This document shows, piece after piece, positions 1-7,959 of a stretch of 64,000 bases of DNA. The translations under genes and the position numbers were made by a program. Origin of the DNA: a virus (lineage: Duplodnaviria; Heunggongvirae; Uroviricota; Caudoviricetes); the IMG/VR virus record IMGVR_UViG_3300046787_000302, positions 1 to 64,000 of that record, one strand, 5' to 3'. Each line of letters opens with the position of its first letter. Positions within the stretch are counted from its first letter, which is position 1. The notes beneath the pieces were generated by a model that had not been told where the DNA came from, ran no database searches, and saw nothing but the letters and a program-made list of their open reading frames with translations.

Positions 1-128
1 GTATAAGGGTTCTTTGGATTAGAACAATCTCCGCTATGTATAACTACGTCAATACCTAAGAATCTATCTTCAGGCATCATTTCATGAAAACTATGGGTTA
101 CGTATCCGAGAGGTGTAAGATTTTCATC

Positions 129-1070
129 CTACTCTCTCGGAGCTTCTGTTTTGAATTGTTCATATATATTATTTTTTATACTTGTAGAAAAACACTCTGT
201 TCTTCCTTCAAATCTTTGTTTAGGATAATACTTATAGTTTTTATATATGTTTAGAGCTTTTTTTTCAAGATGAGATATAAAATCAGATGGTCCTGTTATC
301 TCTAACAATACTGTATAGTTATAGTTAATTCTATTACCATACCTTTTAGTTATACTACGTGAAGTTACTCCTACTTTTATAAAAGACTCATCCTGATTAT
401 AGCACTCTATAATATAAAAAATACAGCTTGTGGTTTCATATTTTTTTATCCACTTTGATTTACTAAAGCTTGCCGCATCTTTTTTACATGTTGGGCATCC
501 TCTGCCTAATAAATGGCTTTCTGCAACTATATTAAATGTACCATGTGTTGAACATATTACTGGTATTTTTTGCTTACCATTTATATACTTAAACTCATTA
601 TACATATACTTACTATTATGTACTAAACTAGCTTTATATTTAAAAAGAGCTTCTTTTTCATTGCAAGACTGTATTGTAACAGGATGTCCTTGAAGTATAT
701 CATAACATTGTGGTGAATAAGTAAAACCATTTAGATCTTGGACTACTATTTTTTCTTTCATCCCACTGTATTTAAGTAATGTTAGTCCTGTATCTAAAGA
801 GTCTAGCTTTTTTTGTATATACTTTTCTTTATGTAATACTGCGTCAAATCTAATGTTATGAGTCAAAAATCGATGTGCATCTTTTTTATAATAGACTGTA
901 CCTTCTTTATCTTTTAACATCATAGGAGCAGTAACAGTAGAAAACATAACTACCTCATAATCAGGATACTTCTCAGATATTTTTTGTAAAAAATCCAGTC
1001 TTTTTTGTTTATTTGTCATATATGAGTCTATCTTATATACAAATATAAGATATTCCTTTAATATAAACAA
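129..1070 (-). CDS. T5orf172 (GIY-YIG-like) domain protein with zinc-ribbon
   Basis: The translation has a C-terminal block FIKVGVTSRSITKRYG...ECFS that resembles the T5orf172/MUG113 domain. A CPTC/C..C cluster (HGTFNIVAESHLLGRGCPTCKK) looks like a Zn ribbon. Confidence 0.4.
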   Translation of the reverse strand: MFILKEYLIFVYKIDSYMTNKQKRLDFLQKISEKYPDYEVVMFSTVTAPMMLKDKEGTVYYKKDAHRFLTHNIRFDAVLHKEKYIQKKLDSLDTGLTLLKYSGMKEKIVVQDLNGFTYSPQCYDILQGHPVTIQSCNEKEALFKYKASLVHNSKYMYNEFKYINGKQKIPVICSTHGTFNIVAESHLLGRGCPTCKKDAASFSKSKWIKKYETTSCIFYIIECYNQDESFIKVGVTSRSITKRYGNRINYNYTVLLEITGPSDFISHLEKKALNIYKNYKYYPKQRFEGRTECFSTSIKNNIYEQFKTEAPRE

Positions 1071-1180
1071 GTAAACTAACTGTGTGTGTCTGATATATGA
1101 AGTATCTTCATCTTACTTATTATTTAATAGTGAATGAATACGCATACCAGCAATAACACCAAGTATAAAAACTACTACTG

Positions 1181-1453
1181 TCATGGCTTTATACGTTTAA
1201 CTTTGATATATGCAGCTCTTTGTGCACGTCTTTCAAACTCATTAGCTTTCTGCCAATCACGTACTTGATACTGTGCTTCAGATATACTGAATACAGGTGT
1301 ACCTTCTTGCCAGTCTTTAGCTAGCTTCTTCTTTTGCATTGGTGTATACACCTTTGTATCAGGAGTCGTACTAGCTACACGAATCTTATACTTTGGAAAC
1401 ACACAACCTAATACTCCTAGAGTACAGATTGCATAGATAATTATTCTTCGCAT
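1181..1453 (-). CDS. small lipoprotein, putative o-spanin (Rz1-like)
   Basis: N-terminal signal with a lipobox-like LGC. The gene abuts the upstream membrane coiled-coil gene at a shared boundary nucleotide (1453). Confidence 0.35.
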   Translation of the reverse strand: MRRIIIYAICTLGVLGCVFPKYKIRVASTTPDTKVYTPMQKKKLAKDWQEGTPVFSISEAQYQVRDWQKANEFERRAQRAAYIKVKRIKP

Positions 1454-1854
1454 TACTTATAACTGTTAGCTTTTTCTTTTATGTACTTATTCTCTCCGTG
1501 AAACTCGTAGTTCACTAACTCATTGTACTCTTCTTTGAACTGAGCTGACTTAACAAAATACTTGTATGCTTCAAAGTCATGCGTTCTTAACTGCTCAAGA
1601 GCTACCTCATACTTACCAATAAGCTCTAATAGATGCTCATTAGCTCTAGCTCCCCGTTCTATCTCAATAGTTACAGGAGCTAAAGTAATGGTATCTATTT
1701 TATTATACGTACTATCAATTGGTGCTTTCTCTTGTACAGTATCATGTGGTTTTTTCATTGATGCCCACCATATAGGTGTTACAACACATGTTAAAGCAAA
1801 CAAGAAGATGATTAGTATCTCAACAAACTTTCTATTATACTTTATCATAACCAC
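1453..1854 (-). CDS. type II membrane coiled-coil protein, putative i-spanin (Rz-like)
   Basis: Single N-terminal TM segment (ILIIFLFALTCVVTPIWW) followed by a charged helical periplasmic part. It lies immediately upstream of the lipoprotein gene. Confidence 0.35.
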   Translation of the reverse strand: MVMIKYNRKFVEILIIFLFALTCVVTPIWWASMKKPHDTVQEKAPIDSTYNKIDTITLAPVTIEIERGARANEHLLELIGKYEVALEQLRTHDFEAYKYFVKSAQFKEEYNELVNYEFHGENKYIKEKANSYK

Positions 1855-2233
1855 GATTTTTTAGTAAACGATCAAATCTAATACGCCAGTACGCCATAAA
1901 AGGGTTTTGATAAGCAAGAAATCCTGCATGTAAGTACTCTCTACTATATCCATTATCATCTAAAAGCCTTATAGCTCCGTCATCAAAGATGATTATTTGA
2001 TTTACACCTCTATGGCTCCACCAATTTTTTTCGTTTTTATGTACAAAGTACAAAGTACCCATAAAGTTTTCTTGTAAGACAAAACGATTATCTCGTAGTG
2101 CTTTATAGGTTGGTCCAAGAAGCTGTATTGTCTTGAAATATACAATACTTGTGACTACTGAAACTGCAACATAGTAGAAAACTATAGCTGCAAGTATAGT
2201 AATAATAACATCCATTATAATACCCATTATCAT
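1835..2233 (-). CDS. membrane protein (holin-like candidate)
   Basis: Long N-terminal hydrophobic stretch IIMDVIITILAAIVFYYVAVSVVTSIVYF. Confidence 0.35.
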   Translation of the reverse strand: MIMGIIMDVIITILAAIVFYYVAVSVVTSIVYFKTIQLLGPTYKALRDNRFVLQENFMGTLYFVHKNEKNWWSHRGVNQIIIFDDGAIRLLDDNGYSREYLHAGFLAYQNPFMAYWRIRFDRLLKNRGYDKV

Positions 2234-2273
2234 GTTATATGTTTTTAAGTTAAAAAAGGACTAACCACTATGA

Positions 2274-2534
2274 TTAGTCCGGTACTTTTTCAAGCTCAGA
2301 TGTAATAACATACTGAGCGTTTATGATAACCTGCTCATCTTCAGTGTCAAAGATAAGATTATTACCATACATTCTAAAGGAGTTTGTCGAATAAACATGC
2401 CCATCCATTAGTCGTATCTGGTATTTATACTTAGTGATACTACTATGTGTAGCAGCCATAAAGATTATACCGATAACAACACAGAACATGCCTATAAGAT
2501 AAACTTTTAAGTGATTACTGTATCTTATTTTCAT
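2274..2534 (-). CDS. small membrane protein
   Basis: N-terminal TM segment LIGMFCVVIGIIFMAA. Confidence 0.3.
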   Translation of the reverse strand: MKIRYSNHLKVYLIGMFCVVIGIIFMAATHSSITKYKYQIRLMDGHVYSTNSFRMYGNNLIFDTEDEQVIINAQYVITSELEKVPD

Positions 2535-3196
2535 CTTGTTTTCTTTGAGTGATGATCTTCAAAAGGTAATGAGGATACTGGGAATCTTGGCATTAGTATA
2601 CTTGATATTCTTCTAAAAGCTATTGGTAGCATACCATTACCATCCATTCCAACATCCATTATACGACCTTTACCAGCATGTACTTTATCAGGTGGAAGAT
2701 GGCAGTGACCATGAAGATGCATAGCACCTTTATTCATATCTTTCCATGACATCATTGGATAATGACAAGCTTGAACTTCAACACTAAGAGGACCACCATC
2801 TATAGTAGCATACTGATCAATACTGATTTCAAGCATATGACTAACAGATGAGAACAAATCTTGTAGATTGTCTCTGTTCATATCAATATGATGATCGTGA
2901 TTGCCTAAAACTAGGTGTATGTTTTTGCATACAATCAAGTTTCTAAACTCTTTTACCATCTCATAACCACCAAAAGACCAATCTCCTAGATGTACTAAGG
3001 TATCGTCTTCACCAACTAATGCGTTTATACCTTCAACAATCTGTTGATTCATCTGATGGAGAGTTTTAAACGGTCTTGTTGAGTCAAGATCTTCCCAGTT
3101 AGATGTCCCTCTGCATATGTTCTTATGCATGTAATGTGTATCTGATGTAAACCATACTTTACTATTGTATGTATCAGTTAGATGTAACTTTTTCAT
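2531..3196 (-). CDS. calcineurin-like metallophosphoesterase (Ser/Thr phosphatase-like)
   Basis: Motifs SDTHY, HLGDWSFGG (GDxxD-like) and VLGNHDHH (GNHD/E) in canonical order. Confidence 0.6.
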   Translation of the reverse strand: MKKLHLTDTYNSKVWFTSDTHYMHKNICRGTSNWEDLDSTRPFKTLHQMNQQIVEGINALVGEDDTLVHLGDWSFGGYEMVKEFRNLIVCKNIHLVLGNHDHHIDMNRDNLQDLFSSVSHMLEISIDQYATIDGGPLSVEVQACHYPMMSWKDMNKGAMHLHGHCHLPPDKVHAGKGRIMDVGMDGNGMLPIAFRRISSILMPRFPVSSLPFEDHHSKKTR

Positions 3197-3588
3197 ATGC
3201 CAACAGGGATGTCAATGGTTTCTAAGCCATATGATACTAATAAGATGTTTAGTTGTGTGACTAAACCTTGCTTTCTTGTGTCATCAAGATCTTCAATCTG
3301 CAAGCTTAAACGAAAAAAGTGTTCCATAGCAATAGTTGCTATATGAAACTGCTCAGTAATCTCTAACTTGTCATAATCATCGTCGTTTTTGATTCTTAAG
3401 AAGAAGTTATCAACAACTTTAAGTAACTCAGTATGTAACTGCCTAGTTAGAAGCTTAATCTTCTGTTTGTTCATTGACTTGTCTGGAATGACATGTTCTT
3501 CAATGAAGTTAGTCATCATGCCTGTTAAAGCAATATATACTAATAGACTATACTTTGGGTGCTTTCGGGGTAATAACTTCTCTGACAT
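3193..3588 (-). CDS. hypothetical protein
   Basis: ORF in the operon; 4-nt overlap with the downstream gene. Confidence 0.4.
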   Translation of the reverse strand: MSEKLLPRKHPKYSLLVYIALTGMMTNFIEEHVIPDKSMNKQKIKLLTRQLHTELLKVVDNFFLRIKNDDDYDKLEITEQFHIATIAMEHFFRLSLQIEDLDDTRKQGLVTQLNILLVSYGLETIDIPVGI

Positions 3589-3754
3589 GCTTTCTTGATA
3601 GTTTTAAGTGTGAATGAGTATTCTTTTGTGACAGTGGGATGTAATCCTTTTTTGCTGCCAACTTGGTTTGGTCTTTTACAACCTGCTCGTTAATCCTGGC
3701 TATCCATTCATTGTACGAGATCCCAAAAGGGTTTCTGGGTTTGTCTTCAGTCAT
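3548..3754 (-). CDS. hypothetical small protein
   Basis: ORF only. Confidence 0.25.
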   Translation of the reverse strand: MTEDKPRNPFGISYNEWIARINEQVVKDQTKLAAKKDYIPLSQKNTHSHLKLSRKHVREVITPKAPKV

Positions 3755-3782
3755 AGTTTTAAACTGTTTAAGTGTGAGAAAT

Positions 3783-3812
3783 AAACAAAAAAACCTGTAT
3801 TATTTATACAGG
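3783..3812 (-). terminator. intrinsic terminator downstream of the tRNA array
   Basis: On the minus strand, hairpin CCTGTATAAATAATACAGG is followed by TTTTTTTGTTTAT. Confidence 0.5.
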
Positions 3813-3957
3813 TAGAGTAATAGTTGAGAGTTCAAGTATTCAATTAGCAATCAAGTTCAGTGTTGACGCATCTCATGACAGGATTAAACTATGTTTTTCA
3901 TCTCTCGTTTTACAAGCGTTTTACATTGACTAGCTTGTATCTTGAATAAAACTATTG

Positions 3958-4031
3958 TGGACCAGATAGGGATCGAACCTATTACCTACTGATTATGAGT
4001 CAGTTGCTCTAACCAAATGAGCTACAAGTCC
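3958..4031 (-). tRNA. tRNA-Met/Ile2 (anticodon CAT)
   Basis: Reverse complement folds as a 74-nt cloverleaf: acceptor GGACTTG/CTGGTCC, D-stem GCTC/GAGC, anticodon stem ACTGA/TCAGT with loop CTCATAA, T-arm ATAGG-TTCGATC-CCTAT. Confidence 0.8.
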
Positions 4032-4040
4032 AATAAATAG

Positions 4041-4157
4041 AGTGGAGGAAGGGCATCGAACCCTATTACAGTGTATTGCTTTTTCTAATTATAAATGCAC
4101 TTATATTATAGATAGTCATACTGAGTTTCACCCGAGTCCCACTCGGCTAACCTCTAC
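4041..4157 (-). ncRNA. over-length tRNA-like element (~117 nt)
   Basis: T-arm AGGG-TTCGATG-CCCT with acceptor 3' CCTCCAC. The complementary GTAGAGG lies 110 nt upstream, followed by a GCCGAGTGGGACTCGG hairpin resembling a type-II D-arm. The AT-rich interior is not canonical. Confidence 0.3.
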
Positions 4158-4250
4158 TAATCAGTTTTATGCACTGTCTGATTAAACATCCTCTTTCTTG
4201 AAAGAGTAATCAACTGCTTGCATACGTTTTATGCGCTTAGACAGATTCTG

Positions 4251-4342
4251 CAGTGCAAACAGGATTCGAACCTGTAATGTACCAAACAAATTATGGTCAC
4301 TTGAGGGTACGCCCCTAGCGTCTACCATTCCGCCATTGCACT
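4251..4342 (-). tRNA. type II tRNA (long variable arm; D-arm resembles tRNA-Leu)
   Basis: 92 nt with acceptor AGTGCAA/TTGCACT. D-arm GGCGGAATGGTAGACGC is near-identical to the canonical tRNA-Leu D-arm. T-arm ACAGG-TTCGAAT-CCTGT. The anticodon could not be fixed by eye; CTCAAG is a possible CAA loop. Confidence 0.55.
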
Positions 4343-4535
4343 AAAAATAAAACAAGTTTATTGTGCTCATTGCACACCATGACTAGATTACTCTAGTGAT
4401 TACATTTTCGCATTGGGTTAATTACTCCCTACTTATATGTAACTCTCTCCTAACCTGTATGACTATTCCGGATTCAACAGGACCTTTTTGGGTTTCATAT
4501 ACCGTGGGATTCCACCACAGTCGTCACTTGTTTTG

Positions 4536-4610
4536 CAGTCAAGGCTGGAGTCGAACCAGTATGCAACCTGTTGAGGATTTGGGGACCATCCCGCATTACG
4601 CCACTTGACC
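4536..4610 (-). tRNA. tRNA-like (75 nt, non-canonical interior)
   Basis: Acceptor GGTCAAG/CTTGACT (7 bp) and T-arm CTGG-TTCGACT-CCAG. D and anticodon arms do not fold canonically by hand. Confidence 0.35.
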
Positions 4611-4760
4611 AACACCACCGTAAACGCTAAAGTCAGCCGATACGGGAAGATTATAAGAGAGACCTTCGGGTCTTTCAAGGTTACTGCTATACTAGAGGCT
4701 AACCTTTGCCTATTATCTAGAGTCCAAACACAGCTTCACTCAGTCTCTCTTAATATTTTA

Positions 4761-5585
4761 CTACTTGATTGTTGGGATTGCAATAGCACCACTAGACAAC
4801 ATTGTCTGAGGAACCTTTGCACCATATCTACCCCAAGTCTCAATACGCATCTTCTCTAAAATCTGAGGTGTTAAACCTCTTGATAAGATGATATTTTCTT
4901 CTGCACGTAACTCAGCTAACTGATTACGTTTTCTTTGCTCAATAATCTGCTGGTCAATAACTGAAACGTTTGTATTAACCTCATTACGACTCTCAATCTT
5001 TGCTTTTACCTTAACTGAGAAGTCTAAGTTAGCAGAAAAGTTAATCATCTGCAAACCTTTGTCAGCAAAAGCTTTCTTTACTAGCTCTTGTACCTTTGTT
5101 TCAAAGTTTAAGTTACCACCTTGAGCCATTAAAGTATCTGTTGAGTACCTACGTGATTCCTCTTTTATAAGGTCATAGATTAAAGGCTCTAAGATATTAT
5201 CTTCTAAAGATCTCATGAAGTCATCACCAGCACCTAAACGAGCATTCTGGAACACTACATCAACAACACTCTCTGGCATTACTTTGTAAGTATACAAAGG
5301 TTTAGCTGTAAACTCAGTGTTATCAGATGCTTTTAACTTTAGTGTCGTTGGTTGACCTTCTTCATTTGTAAACGAAGCACGTTGCTCAAATGCTGGTACT
5401 TGAAATAACTCTGTTCCAGGTGACATCATCCATACTTGACCTTGTTGTTTTGAGTAATCTGACTTACCACTCTTGCCATAGTTTTCCATTAGGACACCAT
5501 AGTAGTTTGGAGCTACACGCTCACAACTGGTTGCTAAAAACAATAACGGAGTTACGATTAATAGTAAATAGAACTGTTTTTTCAT
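4761..5585 (-). CDS. SPFH/band-7-like lipoprotein
   Basis: Signal peptide with lipobox (LATSC). Central region plus a C-terminal coiled coil (QLAELRAEENIILSRG) resemble prohibitin/HflK-type SPFH domains. Confidence 0.4.
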   Translation of the reverse strand: MKKQFYLLLIVTPLLFLATSCERVAPNYYGVLMENYGKSGKSDYSKQQGQVWMMSPGTELFQVPAFEQRASFTNEEGQPTTLKLKASDNTEFTAKPLYTYKVMPESVVDVVFQNARLGAGDDFMRSLEDNILEPLIYDLIKEESRRYSTDTLMAQGGNLNFETKVQELVKKAFADKGLQMINFSANLDFSVKVKAKIESRNEVNTNVSVIDQQIIEQRKRNQLAELRAEENIILSRGLTPQILEKMRIETWGRYGAKVPQTMLSSGAIAIPTIK

Positions 5586-5800
5586 ATTAGTTTTTTAAAG
5601 AAACGGATTAATAAATAAATGATTACTACTGCCATACCAATACCTACCCAGGCATTAATATGATTAAAAGCCCAAGCAACAGCAAATACTGCTGCAAAGG
5701 CTCCTAATACATTAAGAAACACACGTTCCATTAGAAACGTTCGTTTAGTACAGCTTGAGCGAACTCTAAGCCTTCTTGTAACTCTTTTACAGCAACCCAA
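5582..5800 (-). CDS. small membrane protein
   Basis: Two hydrophobic helices (VLGAFAAVFAVAWAF; GIGMAVVIIYLLI). It overlaps neighbouring ORFs, so its coding status is uncertain. Confidence 0.25.
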   Translation of the reverse strand: MGCCKRVTRRLRVRSSCTKRTFLMERVFLNVLGAFAAVFAVAWAFNHINAWVGIGMAVVIIYLLIRFFKKLI

Positions 5801-6039
5801 GCTTTCATTTCATCATGTACGCTGTACGGTGATGCTGACATTGCCTGTGTTAACTTCTGCTTAGCTACGGCCAAGTCTCTCTTGGTAGTTGCTACTGTGA
5901 TTTCCAAGTCTGATTTTGCTGACTGAACCTTTAAGTCCAACTCCTCTGCTAATACATCCTTGTCCGATTTGGAGATTAGAGCTCTGTAAGATAAGTGCTC
6001 TTGGTTTTGCGCTTTCGCTGCTTGTGTGTTGTTTTTCAT
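5731..6039 (-). CDS. coiled-coil hypothetical protein
   Basis: Clean start preceded by an AT-rich RBS region; helical, charged sequence. Confidence 0.4.
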   Translation of the reverse strand: MKNNTQAAKAQNQEHLSYRALISKSDKDVLAEELDLKVQSAKSDLEITVATTKRDLAVAKQKLTQAMSASPYSVHDEMKAWVAVKELQEGLEFAQAVLNERF

Positions 6040-7156
6040 TTGATTGTTTATTTTTACTGAGTTTTAACTTATATACTTTCTTTGATGTTTCATGACAGTA
6101 CCAGTAATGACTTGAGTTCCAAGCAAGATACTTATATGCTTTTGATGGATCACTAGGCTGTTCATTTTGAATACGATCTTCACTTAACTTATGTAGCATC
6201 AACGCCAATTCTAATGCATCTGCTTTAACAGAAATGGCACCACTAGTGGGAATATCTGAGATATCTGTAATAGTATCACCAGAATAAGATATTTGAGCAC
6301 ATATCTCTTTTAGTCTATTAACTAATCTTGTTGCTGCTTTGAAATCGCCTTTCTTAAAAGTTGGCCAGTCACCAATACCAGGTTTATAACCGTAGTTGTG
6401 AGAAGCTATATCAACTTTATCAAGCTTTAACAACTTAAAGATTGCATCATTATCAAGATACCCTACACCAGAAAGATAGCTGTCGTGAACAGTGTAGCCT
6501 AACTTTCTACCTGCTAAAGTAAAGGTAACTAAATCTCCTAATGATAGCTCTGTATAGTGCAACTCGTTAGGTTCTGCGGTATGAGCAATAATCTTTTCTT
6601 CACACATCTTTGTTAGTTTGTTCACTATTAAAGTTGCTGCTACTAAATCACCTTTATGATAGGGTGGAAAGTCACCATCACCTGCAAAATATCCATAAAC
6701 ACTGCTTGCAAATATAGTTTTGTCCGCGATCTCAAGATATTTAAAGATAGCATCGTTCCCTAATACATATTCATTATTGTGCAAATGATCAGGATATACT
6801 TGATACTCAAGAAACTTGTTATCAAGTATAGGAAACTTAACGATATCTCCAACTTGTAGTTTTCGAGTACTCGTAGTTGAACTAGGTGGATTTACTATTC
6901 TATCAGCATAGTCCACATCTTTTCCAGATTTACTTTTTACTTGGACATATCCTGGATGTGCAGCACTTCCATCAGGTCTTGCAAACCATACAAGTCTTAC
7001 AGTATCACCTGAATGACGGAGTCTCCAGTCTTCTTTAACTGTATACCTACTATCTTTTCCATAAGATTTGCCATCCATATGAAGTGGTATGAATGTTGTA
7101 CCCACTGGGTAATTACCGCTGATCTCAGCAAGTATTTCTGTTTCTGTTTTAGCCAT
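5861..7156 (-). CDS. hypothetical protein with tandem duplicated ~60-aa domain
   Basis: Internal repeat: NDAIFKYLEIADK...GDGDFPPYHKGDLVAATLIVNKL versus NDAIFKLLKLDK...GIGDWPTFKKGDFKAATRLVNRL. The last ~60 codons (5861-6039) overlap the next gene and look like non-coding read-through. Confidence 0.45.
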   Translation of the reverse strand: MAKTETEILAEISGNYPVGTTFIPLHMDGKSYGKDSRYTVKEDWRLRHSGDTVRLVWFARPDGSAAHPGYVQVKSKSGKDVDYADRIVNPPSSTTSTRKLQVGDIVKFPILDNKFLEYQVYPDHLHNNEYVLGNDAIFKYLEIADKTIFASSVYGYFAGDGDFPPYHKGDLVAATLIVNKLTKMCEEKIIAHTAEPNELHYTELSLGDLVTFTLAGRKLGYTVHDSYLSGVGYLDNDAIFKLLKLDKVDIASHNYGYKPGIGDWPTFKKGDFKAATRLVNRLKEICAQISYSGDTITDISDIPTSGAISVKADALELALMLHKLSEDRIQNEQPSDPSKAYKYLAWNSSHYWYCHETSKKVYKLKLSKNKQSNEKQHTSSESAKPRALILQSSNLQIGQGCISRGVGLKGSVSKIRLGNHSSNYQERLGRS

Positions 7157-7203
7157 GATTCATATGGTTTAAGTTGATAAGATAATATGAGATAACTCAT
7201 TGC

Positions 7204-7300
7204 GAGAAGTACACGAATCGAACGTGTTTCTGGTTACAAAACTGAATCATCTCTCGTTAATCAGTTCTGTACTCTGTAATACCCTTATACTAACTTCTCT
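7204..7300 (-). ncRNA. tRNA-like element (~97 nt)
   Basis: T-arm ACACG-TTCGATT-CGTGT, acceptor GAGAAGT/ACTTCTC, D-arm GTA-TAAGGGTAT-TAC. The interior contains a long hairpin (AACTGA...TCAGTT) instead of a standard anticodon arm. Confidence 0.35.
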
Positions 7301-7343
7301 CTAATACTAAGGTTTCTTATTAGTTTGCCTAGCATTAATAACT

Positions 7344-7604
7344 TTAAATAGCTTCTTGTTTTAGTTTATACCAAAACTCACGAGCTGATAAGTTCATGAT
7401 GTAAGCTGTATCTTCAGGTAATACTTCACCTGTGTTCTCTTTTACTTTTTGCAAGTGAAACTTGATGCGTCCTTCAGATTCTTTCTGATGCTTTTCAGTT
7501 AACTCTTGGATCTTGTCTAAAGGTACACATGGTACATGTACTGCTCTTGACTCTTCTTTTAAAGTTTCTGCTTTTGGTTTCTTGTTATATGGTCTTTTTG
7601 CCAT
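7344..7604 (-). CDS. hypothetical protein
   Basis: ORF with basic N-terminus. Confidence 0.4.
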   Translation of the reverse strand: MAKRPYNKKPKAETLKEESRAVHVPCVPLDKIQELTEKHQKESEGRIKFHLQKVKENTGEVLPEDTAYIMNLSAREFWYKLKQEAI

Positions 7605-7608
7605 GATA

Positions 7609-7890
7609 TTAAAGGTTTAAGCGCGTTATCCTTGAGGATCCCGAACTGGTTAAATGATAGCCATCACGACTTATGATGCCTTTATTTTCTAATCTTTTTA
7701 ATGATCGTTGTGCTGTTGATACTGAAATACTAAGACGCAACGCCATCTCTTTTACGGACATCCACGAATATCCTAGTTGTTTATTTATGTAAGCTGATAT
7801 TAGACCAACCATTGCTTTATCAAGATGATTGATTGTTGGATCATCAGCTACATATCGTGGATACATACCGAATCCTTTTGCTTTGGTCAT
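7609..7890 (-). CDS. winged-helix DNA-binding protein
   Basis: SVSTAQRSLKRLENKGIISRDG resembles a MarR/GntR-like wHTH recognition helix plus wing. Confidence 0.5.
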   Translation of the reverse strand: MTKAKGFGMYPRYVADDPTINHLDKAMVGLISAYINKQLGYSWMSVKEMALRLSISVSTAQRSLKRLENKGIISRDGYHLTSSGSSRITRLNL

Positions 7891-7959
7891 AATACAGTAG
7901 GTTAAAAGGGTTAGACGATATTGCTACCACCTAACCCTTACCTTTCTCACACACAAATC

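Noticed and set aside
430-693. Plus-strand 87-aa ORF inside the 313-aa minus-strand gene
   Set aside because: It is fully embedded antisense to a longer, motif-bearing ORF and translates to low-complexity sequence.
4396-4859. Several 60-85-aa ORFs on both strands across the tRNA array
   Set aside because: They overlap tRNA and hairpin sequences and have no RBS-like context.
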